From Eledone cirrhosa (lineage: Eukaryota): a stretch of 64,000 nt of DNA. A model generated the notes under the pieces. That model was not told the DNA's origin. It did not search any database and saw nothing but the letters and a program-made list of their open reading frames with translations. This document shows, piece by piece, positions 26,601 to 39,030 of this stretch (the first letter of the stretch is position 1; every line of letters begins with the position of its first letter). The stretch covers positions 19,778,001 to 19,842,000 of the forward strand of contig OZ024740.1 in NCBI GenBank assembly GCA_964016885.1. The letters are read 5' to 3'. The translations under genes were made by a program, and so were the position numbers.

Positions 26601-29600
26601 CGACAGCTAACAACTGATGCAGTGTCCTCTCGACAGCTAACAACTGATGCAGTGTCCTTCCGACAGCTGACAACTGATGCAGTGTCCTCTCGACAGCTAA
26701 AAACTGATGCAGTGATTCGACATCTAACAACTGATGCAGTGTCCTCTCGACAGCTAACAACTGATGCAGTGATTCGACAGCTAACAACTGATGCATTGTC
26801 CTCTCGACAGCTAACAACTGATGCAGTGTCCTCTCGACAGCTAACAACTGATGCAGTGTCCCGACAGCTAACAACTGATGCAGTGTCCTCTCGACAGCTA
26901 ACAACTGATGCAGTGTCCCGACAGCTAACAACTGATGCAGTGTCCTCTCGAAAGCTAACAACTGATGCAGTGTCCCGACAGCTAACAACTGATGCAGTGT
27001 CCCGACAGCTAACAACTGATGCAGTGTCTCGACAGCTAACAACTGATGCAGTGTCCCGACAGCTAACAACTGATGCAGTGTCTCGACAGCTAACAACTGA
27101 TGCAGTGTCTCGACAGCTAACAACTGATGCAGTGTCCTTCCGACAGCTAACAACTGATGCAGTGTCCGCTCGACAGCTAACAACTGATGCAGTGATTCGA
27201 CAGCTAACAACTGATGCAGTGTCCTCTCGACAGCTAACAACTGATGCAGTGATTCGACATCTAACAACTGATACAGTGTCCTCTCGACAGCTAGCAACTG
27301 ATGCAGTGTCCCGACAGCTAACAACTGATGCAGTGTCCTCTCGACAGCTAACAACTGATGCAGTGTCCTCTCGACAGCTAACAACTGATGCAGTGTCCCG
27401 ACATCTAACAACTGATGCAGTGTCCTCTCGACAGCTAACAACTGATGCAGTGTCCGCTCGACAGCTAACAACTGATGCAGTGATTCGACAGCTAACAACT
27501 GATGCAGTGTCCTCTCGACAGCTAACAACTGATGCAGTGATTCGACATCTAACAACTGATACAGTGTCCTCTCGACAGCTAGCAACTGATGCAGTGTCCC
27601 GACAGCTAACAACTGATGCAGTGTCCTCTCGACAGCTAACAACTGATGCAGTGTCCTCTCGACAGCTAACAACTGATGCAGTGTCCCGACATCTAACAAC
27701 TGATGCAGTGTCCTCTCGACAGCTAACAACTGATGCAGTGTCCTCTCGACAGCTAACAACTGATGCAGTGTCCTCTCGACAGCTAACAACTGATGCAGTG
27801 TCCCGACAGCTAACAACTGATGCAGTGTCTCGACATCTAACAACTGATGCAGTGTCCCGACAGCTAACAACTGATACAGTGTCCCGACAGCTAACAACTG
27901 ATGCAGTGTCCTCTCGACAGCTAACAACTGATGCAGTGTCCTCTCGACAGCTAACAACTGATGCAGTGTCCCGACAGCTAACAACTGATGCAGTGTCTCG
28001 ACATCTAACAGCTGATGCAGTGTCCCAACAGCTAACAACTGATGCAGTGTCCTCTCGACAGCTAACAACTGATGCAGTGTCCCGACAGCTAACAACTGGT
28101 GCAGTGTCCTCTCGACAGCTAACAACTGATGCAGTGTCCTCTCGACAGCTAACAACTGATGCAGTGTCCCGACAGCTAACAACTGATGCAGTGTCCTCTC
28201 GACAGCTAACAACTGATGCAGTGTCCTTCCGACAGCTAACAACTGATGCAGTGTCCTCTCGACAGCTAAAAACTGATGCAGTGATTCGACATCTAACAAC
28301 TGATGCAGTGTCCTCTCGACAGCTAACAACTGATGCAGTGATACGACAGCTAACAACTGATGCAGTGTCCTCTCGACAGCTAACAACTGATGCAGTGTCC
28401 CGACAGCTAACAACTGTTGCAGTGTCCTCTCGAAAGCTAACAACTGATGCAGTGTCTCGACAGCTAACAACTGATGCAGTGACCCGACAGCTAACAACTG
28501 ATGCAGTGATTCGACATCTAACAACTGATGCAGTGTCCTCTCGACAGCTAACAACTGATGCAGTGTCCTCTCAACAGCTAACAACTGATGCAGTGTCCTC
28601 TCGACAGCTAACAACTGATGCAGTGTCCTCTCGACAGCTAACAACTGATGCAGTGTCCCGACAGCTAACAACTGATGCAGTGTCCTCTCGACAGCTAACA
28701 ACTGATGCAGTGTCCTCTCGACAGCTAACAACTGATGCAGTGTCCCGACAGCTAACAACTGATGCAGTGTCCTCTCGACAGCTAACAACTGATGCAGTGT
28801 CCTTCCGACAGCTGACAACTGATGCAGTGTCCTCTCGACAGCTAAGAACTGATGCAGTGATTCGACATCTAACAACTGATGCAGTGTCCTCTCGACAGCT
28901 AACAACTGATGCAGTGATTCGACAGCTAACAACTGATGCATTGTCCTCTCGACAGCTAACAACTGATGCAGTGTCCTCTCGACAGCTAACAACTGATGCA
29001 GTGTCCCGACAGCTAACAACTGATGCAGTGTCCTCTCGACAGCTAACAACTGATGCAGTGTCCCGACAGCTAACAACTGATGCAGTGTCCTCTCGAAAGC
29101 TAACAACTGATGCAGTGTCCCGACAGCTAACAACTGATGCAGTGTCCCGACAGCTAACAACTGATGCAGTGTCTCGACAGCTAACAACTGATGCAGTGTC
29201 CCGACAGCTAACAACTGATGCAGTGTCTCGACAGCTAACAACTGATGCAGTGTCTCGACAGCTAACAACTGATGCAGTGTCCTTCCGACAGCTAACAACT
29301 GATGCAGTGTCCGCTCGACAGCTAACAACTGATGCAGTGATTCGACAGCTAACAACTGATGCAGTGTCCTCTCGACAGCTAACAACTGATGCAGTGATTC
29401 GACATCTAACAACTGATACAGTGTCCTCTCGACAGCTAGCAACTGATGCAGTGTCCCGACAGCTAACAACTGATGCAGTGTCCTCTCGACAGCTAACAAC
29501 TGATGCAGTGTCCTCTCGACAGCTAACAACTGATGCAGTGTCCCGACATCTAACAACTGATGCAGTGTCCTCTCGACAGCTAACAATTGATGCAGTGTCC

Positions 29601-32600
29601 TCTCGACAGCTAACAACTGATGCAGTGTCCTCTCGACAGCTAACAACTGATGCAGTGTCCCGACAGCTAACAACTGATGCAGTGTCTCGACATCTAACAA
29701 CTGATGCAGTGTCCCGACAGCTAACAACTGATACAGTGTCCCGACAGCTAACAACTGATGCAGTGTCCTCTCGACAGCTAACAACTGATGCAGTGTCCTC
29801 TCGACAGCTAACAACTGATGCAGTGTCCCGACAGCTAACAACTGATGCAGTGTCTCGACATCTAACAGCTGATGCAGTGTCCCAACAGCTAACAACTGAT
29901 GCAGTGTCCTCTCGACAGCTAACAACTGATGCAGTGTCCCGACAGCTAACAACTGATGCAGTGTCCTCTCGACAGCTAACAACTGATGCAGTGTCCTCTC
30001 GACAGCTAACAACTGATGCAGTGTCCCGACAGCTAACAACTGATGCAGTGTCCTCTCGACAGCTAACAACTGATGCAGTGTCCATCCGACAGCTAACAAC
30101 TGATGCAGTATCCTCTCGACAGCTAAAAACTGATGCAGTGATTCGACATCTAACAACTGATGCAGTGTCCTCTCGACAGCTAACAACTGATGCAGTGATA
30201 CGACAGCTAACAACTGATGCAGTGTCCTCTCGACAGCTAACAACTGATGCAGTGTCCTCTCGACAGCTAACAACTGATGCAGTGTCCCGACAGCTAACAA
30301 CTGATGCAGTGTCCTCTCGACAGCTAACAACTGATGCAGTGTCCCGACAGCTAACAACTGATGCAGTGTCCCGACAGTTAACAACTGATGCAGTGTCTCG
30401 ACAGCTAACAACTGATGCAGTGTCCCGACAACTAACAACTGATGCAGTGTCCCGACAGTTAACAACTGATGCAGTGTCTCGACAGCTAACAACTGATGCA
30501 GTGTCCCGACAGCTATCAACTGATGCAGTGTCTCGACAGCTAACAACTGATGCAGTGTCTCGACAGCTAACAACTGATGCAGTGTCCTTCCGACAGCTAA
30601 CAACTGATGCAGTGTCCTCTCGACAGCTAACAACTGATGCAGTGATTCGACATCTAACAACTGATACAGTGTCCTCTCGACAGCTAACAACTGATGCAGT
30701 GTCCCGACAGCTAACAACTGATGCAGTGTCCTCTCGACAGCTAACAACTGATGCAGTGTCCTCTCGACAGCTAACAACTGATGCAGTGTCCCGACATCTA
30801 ACAACTGATGCAGTGTCCTCTCGACAGCTAACAACTGATGCAGTGTCCTCTCGACAGCTAACAACTGATGCAGTGTCACGACAGCTAACAACTGATGCAG
30901 TGATTCGACAGCTAACAACTGATGCAGTGTCCTCTCGACAGCTAACAACTGATGCAGTGTCCCGACATCTAACAACTGATGCAGTGTCCTCTCGACAGCT
31001 AACAACTGATGCAGTGTCCTCTCGACATCTAACAACTGATGCAGTGTCCTCTCGACAGCTAACAACTGATGCAGTGTCCTCTCGACAGCTAACAACTGAT
31101 GCAGTGTCCTCTCGACAGCTAACAACTGATGCAGTGTCCTCTCGACAGCTAACAACTGATGCAGTGTCTCGACAGCTAACAACTGATGCAGTGTCCCGAC
31201 AGCTAACAACTGATGCAGTGTCTCGACAGCTAACAACTGATGCAGTGTCTCGACAGCTAACAACTGATGCAGTGTCCTTCCGACAGTTAACAACTGATGC
31301 AGTGTCCTCTCGACGGCTAACAACTGATGCAGTGATTCGACAGCTAACAACTGATGCAGTGATTCGACATCTAACAACTGATACAGTGTCCTCTCGACAG
31401 CTAACAACTGATGCAGTGTCCCGACAGCTAACAACTGATGCAGTGTCCTCTCGACAGCTAACAACTGATGCAGTGTCCTCTCGACAGCTAACAACTGATG
31501 CAGTGTCCCGACATCTAACAACTGATGCAGTGTCCCCTCGACAGCTAACAACTGATGCAGTGTCCTCTCGACAGCTAACAACTGATGCAGTGTCCTCTCG
31601 ACAGCTAACAACTGATGCAGTGTCCCGACAGCTAACAACTGATGCAGTGTCTCGACATCTAACAACTGATGCAGTGTCCCGACAGCTAACAACTGATACA
31701 GTGTCCCGACAGCTAACAACTGATGCAGTGTCCTCTCGACAGCTAACAACTGATGCAGTGTCCTCTCGACAGCTAACAACTGATGCAGTGTCCCGACAGC
31801 TAACAACTGATGCAGTGTCTCGACATCTAACAACTGATGCAGTGTCCCAACAGCTAACAACTGATGCAGTGTCCTCTCGACAGCTAACAACTGATGCAGT
31901 GTCCCGACAGCTAACAACTGATGCAGTATCCCGACAGCTAACAACTGATGCAGTGTCCTCTCGACAGCTAACAACTGATGCAGTGTCCTCTCGACAGCTA
32001 ACAACTGATGCTGTGTCCCAACAGCTAACAACTGATGCAGTGTCCTCTCGACAGCTAACAACTGATGCAGTGTCCCGACAGCTAACAACTGATGCAGTGT
32101 CCTCTCGAAAGCTAACAACTGATGTAGTTTCTCGACAGCTAACAACTGATGCAGTGACCCGACAGCTAACAACTGATGCAGTGTCTCGACATCTAACAGC
32201 TGATGCAGTGTCCCAACAGCTAACAACTGATGCAGTGTCCTCTCGACAGCTAACAACTGATGCAGTGTCCCGACAGCTAACAACTGATGCAGTGTCCTCT
32301 CGACAGCTAACAACTGATGCAGTGTCCTCTCGACAGCTAACAACTGATGCAGTGTCCCGACAGCTAACAACTGATGCAGTGTCCTCTCGACAGCTAACAA
32401 CTGATGCAGTGTCCATCCGACAGCTAACAACTGATGCAGTGTCCTCTCGACAGCTAAAAACTGATGCAGTGATTCGACATCTAACAACTGATGCAGTGTC
32501 CTCTCGACAGCTAACAACTGATGCAGTGATACGACAGCTAACAACTGATGCAGTGTCCTCTCGACAGCTAACAACTGATGCAGTGTCCCGACAGCTAACA

Positions 32601-35085
32601 ACTGATGCAGTGTCCTCTCGACAGCTAACAACTGATGCAGTGTCCCGACAGCTAACAACTGATACAGTGTCCTCTCGAAAGCTAACAACTGATGCAGTGT
32701 CCCGACAACTAACAACTGATGCAGTGTCCCGACAGTTAACAACTGATGCAGTGTCTCGACAGCTAACAACTGATGCAGTGTCCCGACAGCTATCAACTGA
32801 TGCAGTGTCTCGACAGCTAACAACTGATGCAGTGTCTCGACAGCTAACAACTGATGCAGTGTCCTTCCGACAGCTAACAACTGATGCAGTGTCCTCTCGA
32901 CAGCTAACAACTGATGCAGTGATTCGACATCTAACAACTGATACAGTGTCCTCTCGACAGCTAACAACTGATGCAGTGTCCCGACAGCTAACAACTGATG
33001 CAGTGTCCTCTCGACAGCTAACAACTGATGCAGTGTCCTCTCGACAGCTAACAACTGATGCAGTGTCCCGACATCTAACAACTGATGCAGTGTCCTCTCG
33101 ACAGCTAACAACTGATGCAGTGTCCTCTCGACAGCTAACAACTGATGCAGTGTCCCGACAGCTAACAACTGATGCAGTGATTCGACAGCTAACAACTGAT
33201 GCAGTGTCCTCTCGACAGCTAACATCTGATGCAGTGTCCCGACATCTAACAACTGATGCAGTGTCCTCTCGACAGCTAACAACTGATGCAGTGTCCTCTC
33301 GACATCTAACAACTGATGCAGTGTCCTCTCGACAGCTAACAACTGATGCAGTGTCCTCTCGACAGCTAACAACTGATGCAGTGTCCTCTCGACAGCTAAC
33401 AACTGATGCAGTGTCCTCTCGACAGCTAACAACTGATGCAGTGTCCTCTCGACAGCTAACAACTGATGCAGTGTCTCGACAGCTAACAACTGATGCAGTG
33501 TCCCGACAGCTAACAACTGATGCAGTGTCTCGACAGCTAACAACTGATGCAGTGTCTCGACAGCTAACAACTGATGCAGTGTCCTTCCGACAGTTAACAA
33601 CTGATGCAGTGTCCTCTCGACGGCTAACAACTGATGCAGTGATTCGACAGCTAACAACTGATGCAGTGATTCGACATCTAACAACTGATACAGTGTCCTC
33701 TCGACAGCTAACAACTGATGCAGTGTCCCGACAGCTAACAACTGATGCAGTGTCCTCTCGACAGCTAACAACTGATGCAGTGTCCTCTCGACAGCTAACA
33801 ACTGATGCAGTGTCCCGACATCTAACAACTGATGCAGTGTCCCCTCGACAGCTAACAACTGATGCAGTGTCCTCTCGACAGCTAACAACTGATGCAGTGT
33901 CCTCTCGACAGCTAACAACTGATGCAGTGTCCCGACAGCTAACAACTGATGCAGTGTCTCGACATCTAACAACTGATGCAGTGTCCCGACAGCTAACAAC
34001 TGATACAGTGTCCCGACAGCTAACAACTGATGCAGTGTCCTCTCGACAGCTAACAACTGGTGCAGTGTCCTCTCGACAGCTAACAACTGATGCAGTGTCC
34101 CGACAGCTAACAACTGATGCAGTGTCTCGACATCTAACAACTGATGCAGTGTCCCAACAGCTAACAACTGATGCAGTGTCCTCTCGACAGCTAACAACTG
34201 ATGCAGTGTCCCGACAGCTAACAACTGATGCAGTATCCCGACAGCTAACAACTGATGCAGTGTCCTCTCGACAGCTAACAACTGATGCAGTGTCCTCTCG
34301 ACAGCTAACAACTGATGCTGTGTCCCAACAGCTAACAACTGATGCAGTGTCCTCTCGACAGCTAACAACTGATGCAGTGTCCCGACAGCTAACAACTGAT
34401 GCAGTGTCCTCTCGAAAGCTAACAACTGATGCAGTGTCTCGACAGCTAACAACTGATGCAGTGACCCGACAGCTAACAACTGATGCAGTGATTCGACATC
34501 TAACAACTGATGCAGTGTCCTCTCGACAGCTAACAACTGATGCAGTGTCCTCTCGACAGCTAACAACTGATGCAGTGTCCTCTCGACAGCTAACAACTGA
34601 TGCAGTGTCCTCTCGACATCTAACAACTGATGCAGTGTCCCGACAGCTAACAACTGATGCAGTGTCCTCTCGACAGCTAACAACTGATGCAGTGTCCCGA
34701 CAGCTAACAACTTATGCAGTGTCCCGACAGCTAACAACTGATGCAGTGTCTCGACAGCTAACAACTGATGCAGTGTCCTCTCGACAGCTAACAACTGATG
34801 CAGTGTCCCGACAGCTAACAACTGATGCAGTGTCCTCTCGACAGCTAACAACTGATGCAGTGTTCTTCCGACAGCTAACAACTGATGCAGTGTCCTCTCG
34901 ACAGCTAAAAACTGATGCAGTGATTCGACATCTAACAACTGATGCAGTGTCCTCTCGACAGCTAACAACTGATGCAGTGATTCGACAGCTAACAACTGAT
35001 GCAGTGTCCTCTCGGCAGCTAACAACTCATGCAGTGTCCTCTCGACAGCTAAAAACTGATGCAGTGTTCTTCCGACAGCTAACAA
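17071..35085 (-). other. 6004-codon antisense repeat-derived open frame (TLHQLLAVG/ER)n; probably not a gene. Confidence given is that it is translated.
   Basis: The consensus monomer has no stop in this frame. Elsewhere the frame is broken repeatedly by CTC-AGA, TCT-AGA and ACT-AAA variants. Confidence 0.04.
19700..33450 (+). repeat. ~6.85-6.88-kb near-perfect tandem higher-order duplication (two copies, junction ~26.6 kb)
   Basis: Markers 19791/26667 and ORF ends 21695/28571 are offset by 6876. Markers 25570/32416 and 26375/33221 are offset by 6846, so the copies differ by one 30-bp monomer. Confidence 0.9.
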
Positions 35086-38000
35086 CTGATGCAGTGTCTT
35101 CTCGACAGTTAAAACTGATGCAGTGATTCGACATCTAACAACTGATGCAGTGTCCTCTCGACAGCTAACAACTGATGCAGTGATTCGACAGCTAACAACT
35201 GATGCAGTGTCCTCTCGACAGCTAACAACTGATGCAGTGATTCGACATCTAACAACTGATACAGTGTCCTCTCGACAGCTAACAACTGATGCAGTGTCCC
35301 GACAGCTAACAACTGATGCAGTGTCCTATCGGCACCTAACAACTGATGCAGTGTCCTCTCGACAGCTAACAACTGATGCAGTGTCCCGACAGCTAACAAC
35401 TGATGCAGTGTCTCGACATCTAACAACTGATGCAGTGTCCCGACAGCTAACAACTGATACAGTGTCCCGACAGCTAACAACTGATGCAGCGTCCTCTCGA
35501 CAGCTAACAACTGATGCAGTGTCCTCTCGACAGCTAACAATTGATGCAGTGTCTCGACAGCTAACAACTGATGCAGTGTCTCGGCAGCTAACAATAGATG
35601 CAGTGTCCTTCCGACAGCTAACAACTGATGCAGTGTCCTCTCGACAGCTAACAACTGATGCAGTGTCTTCTCGACAGCTAACAACTGATGCAGTGTCCCG
35701 ACAGCTAACAACTGATGCAGTGTCTCGACAGCTGAGAAATGATGCAGTGATTCGACAGCTAACAACTGATGCAGTGTCTCGACAGCTAACAACTGATGCA
35801 GTGTCCTTCCGAAAGCTAACAACTGATGCAGTGTCCTCTCGACAGGTAACAACTGATGCAGTGATTCGACATCTAACAACTGATGCAGTGTCCTCAGGAC
35901 TGCTAACAACTAAAGCAGTGATTCGACATCTAACAACTGATACAGTGTCCTCTCGACAGCTAACAACTGATGCAGTGTCCTCTCGACAGCTAACAACTGA
36001 TGCAGTGATTCGACAGCTAACAACTGATGCAGTGTCCTCAGGACTGCTAACAACTAAAGCAGTGATTCGACATCTAACAACTGATACAGTGTCCTCTCGA
36101 CAGCTAACACCTGATGCAGTGCGCAGACAGCTAACAACTGATGCAGTGTCCTCTCGACAGCTAACACCTGATGCAGTGTCCTTTCGACAGCTAACAACTG
36201 ATGCAGTGTCCTCTCGACAGCTAACAAAATATGCAGTTTCTTCTCGACAGCTAACAACTGGTGCAGTGTCCTCCCGACAGATAACAACTGATGCAGTGTC
36301 CTCTCGACAGCTAACAACTGATGCAGTGTTCCGACAGCTAACAACTGATGCAGTGTCCCGAAAGCTAACAACTGATGCAGTGTCTCGACAGCTAACAACT
36401 GATGCAGTGTCCCGAAAGCTAACAACTGATGCAGTGTCTCGACAGCTAACAACTGATGCAGTGTCCCAACAGCTAACAACTGATGCAGTGTCCCGAAAGC
36501 TAACAACTGATGCAGTGTCTAGACAGCTAACAACTGATGCAGTGTCTCGACAGCTAACAACTGATGCAGTGTCCTCTCGACAGCTAGCAACTGATGCAGT
36601 GTCCCGACAGCTAACAACTGATGCAGTGTCCTCTCGACAGCTAACAACTGATGCAGTGTCCCGACAGCTAACAACTGATGCAGTGTCCTCTCGACAGCTA
36701 ACAACTGATGCAGTGTCCCGACAGCTAACAACTGATGCAGTGTCCTCTCGACAGCTAACAACTGATGCAGTGTCCTCTCGACATCTAACAACTGATGCAG
36801 TGTCCCGACAGCTAACAACTGATGCAGTGTCCTCTCGACAGCTAACAACTGATGCAGTGTCCTCTCGACAGCTAACAACTGATGCAGTGTCCTCTCGACA
36901 TCTAACAACTGATGCAGTGTCCCGACAGCTAACAACTGATGCAGTGTCCTCTCGACAGCTAACAACTGATGCAGTGTCCCGACAGCTAACAACTTATGCA
37001 GTGTCCCGACAGCTAACAACTGATGCAGTGTCTCGACAGCTAACAACTGATGCAGTGTCCTCTCGACAGCTAACAACTGATGCAGTGTCCCGACAGCTAA
37101 CAACTGATGCAGTGTCCTCTCGACAGCTAACAACTGATGCAGTGTTCTTCCGACAGCTAACAACTGATGCAGTGTCCTCTCGACAGCTAAAAACTGATGC
37201 AGTGATTCGACATCTAACAACTGATGCAGTGTCCTCTCGACAGCTAACAACTGATGCAGTGATTCGACAGCTAACAACTGATGCAGTGTCCTCTCGGCAG
37301 CTAACAACTCATGCAGTGTCCTCTCGACAGCTAAAAACTGATGCAGTGTTCTTCCGACAGCTAACAACTGATGCAGTGTCTTCTCGACAGTTAAAACTGA
37401 TGCAGTGATTCGACATCTAACAACTGATGCAGTGTCCTCTCGACAGCTAACAACTGATGCAGTGATTCGACAGCTAACAACTGATGCAGTGTCCTCTCGA
37501 CAGCTAACAACTGATGCAGTGATTCGACATCTAACAACTGATACAGTGTCCTCTCGACAGCTAACAACTGATGCAGTGTCCCGACAGCTAACAACTGATG
37601 CAGTGTCCTATCGGCACCTAACAACTGATGCAGTGTCCTCTCGACAGCTAACAACTGATGCAGTGTCCCGACAGCTAACAACTGATGCAGTGTCTCGACA
37701 TCTAACAACTGATGCAGTGTCCCGACAGCTAACAACTGATACAGTGTCCCGACAGCTAACAACTGATGCAGCGTCCTCTCGACAGCTAACAACTGATGCA
37801 GTGTCCTCTCGACAGCTAACAATTGATGCAGTGTCTCGACAGCTAACAACTGATGCAGTGTCTCGGCAGCTAACAATAGATGCAGTGTCCTTCCGACAGC
37901 TAACAACTGATGCAGTGTCCTCTCGACAGCTAACAACTGATGCAGTGTCTTCTCGACAGCTAACAACTGATGCAGTGTCCGGACAGCTAACAACTGATGC

Positions 38001-39030
38001 AGTGTCTCGACAGCTGAGAAATGATGCAGTGATTCGACAGCTAACAACTGATGCAGTGTCTCGACAGCTAACAACTGATGCAGTGTCCTTCCGAAAGCTA
38101 ACAACTGATGCAGTGTCCTCTCGACAGGTAACAACTGATGCAGTGATTCGACATCTAACAACTGATGCAGTGTCCTCAGGACTGCTAACAACTAAAGCAG
38201 TGATTCGACATCTAACAACTGATACAGTGTCCTCTCGACAGCTAACAACTGATGCAGTGTCCTCTCGACAGCTAACAACTGATGCAGTGATTCGACAGCT
38301 AACAACTGATGCAGTGTCCTCAGGACTGCTAACAACTAAAGCAGTGATTCGACATCTAACAACTGATACAGTGTCCTCTCGACAGCTAACACCTGATGCA
38401 GTGCGCAGACAGCTAACAACTGATGCAGTGTCCTCTCGACAGCTAACACCTGATGCAGTGTCCTTTCGACAGCTAACAACTGATGCAGTGTCCTCTCGAC
38501 AGCTAACAAAATATGCAGTTTCTTCTCGACAGCTAACAACTGGTGCAGTGTCCTCCCGACAGATAACAACTGATGCAGTGTCCTCTCGACAGCTAACAAC
38601 TGATGCAGTGTTCCGACAGCTAACAACTGATGCAGTGTCCCGAAAGCTAACAACTGATGCAGTGTCTCGACAGCTAACAACTGATGCAGTGTCCCGAAAG
38701 CTAACAACTGATGCAGTGTCTCGACAGCTAACAACTGATGCAGTGTCCCAACAGCTAACAACTGATGCAGTGTCCCGAAAGCTAACAACTGATGCAGTGT
38801 CTAGACAGCTAACAACTGATGCAGTGTCTCGACAGCTAACAACTGATGCAGTGTCCTCTCGACAGCTAGCAACTGATGCAGTGTCCCGACAGCTAACAAC
38901 TGATGCAGTGTCCTCTCGACAGCTAACAACTGATGCAGTGTCCCGACAGCTAACAACTGATGCAGTGTCCTCTCGACAGCTAACAACTGATGCAGTGTCC
39001 CGACAGCTAACAACTGATGCAGTGTCCTCT
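34600..39030 (+). repeat. 2282-bp tandem higher-order duplication carrying a 1-bp-deleted monomer
   Basis: ORFs 35123/37405, 35109/37391, 36054/38336 and 36519/38801 are offset by 2282, as is the CTTAT marker 34711/36993. One difference seen: C35699 vs G37981. Confidence 0.9.

Larger units (their letters stand above)
16671..35126 (+). other. 6151-codon repeat-derived open frame (RQLTTDAVS/RQLTTDAVSS)n; probably not a gene. Confidence given is that it is translated.
   Basis: The frame is open in the ORF track, but it begins right after an in-frame TGA (16650-16652) at an internal GTG and ends at a 1-bp deletion. It has no non-repeat domain, and a 6004-codon antisense ORF overlaps it. Confidence 0.08.

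Noticed and set aside
35106-35126. Programmed -1 frameshift or translational coupling: G-TTA-AAA resembles a slippery heptamer, and GTGA overlaps a stop and a start (also 37388-37408 and 62978-62998)
   Set aside because: A -1 slip would restore the frame, but the heptamer is imperfect and no distinctive downstream stimulatory structure is visible. The GTGA overlap is just the common GTG-ATT variant read out of frame, and there is no evidence of translation.
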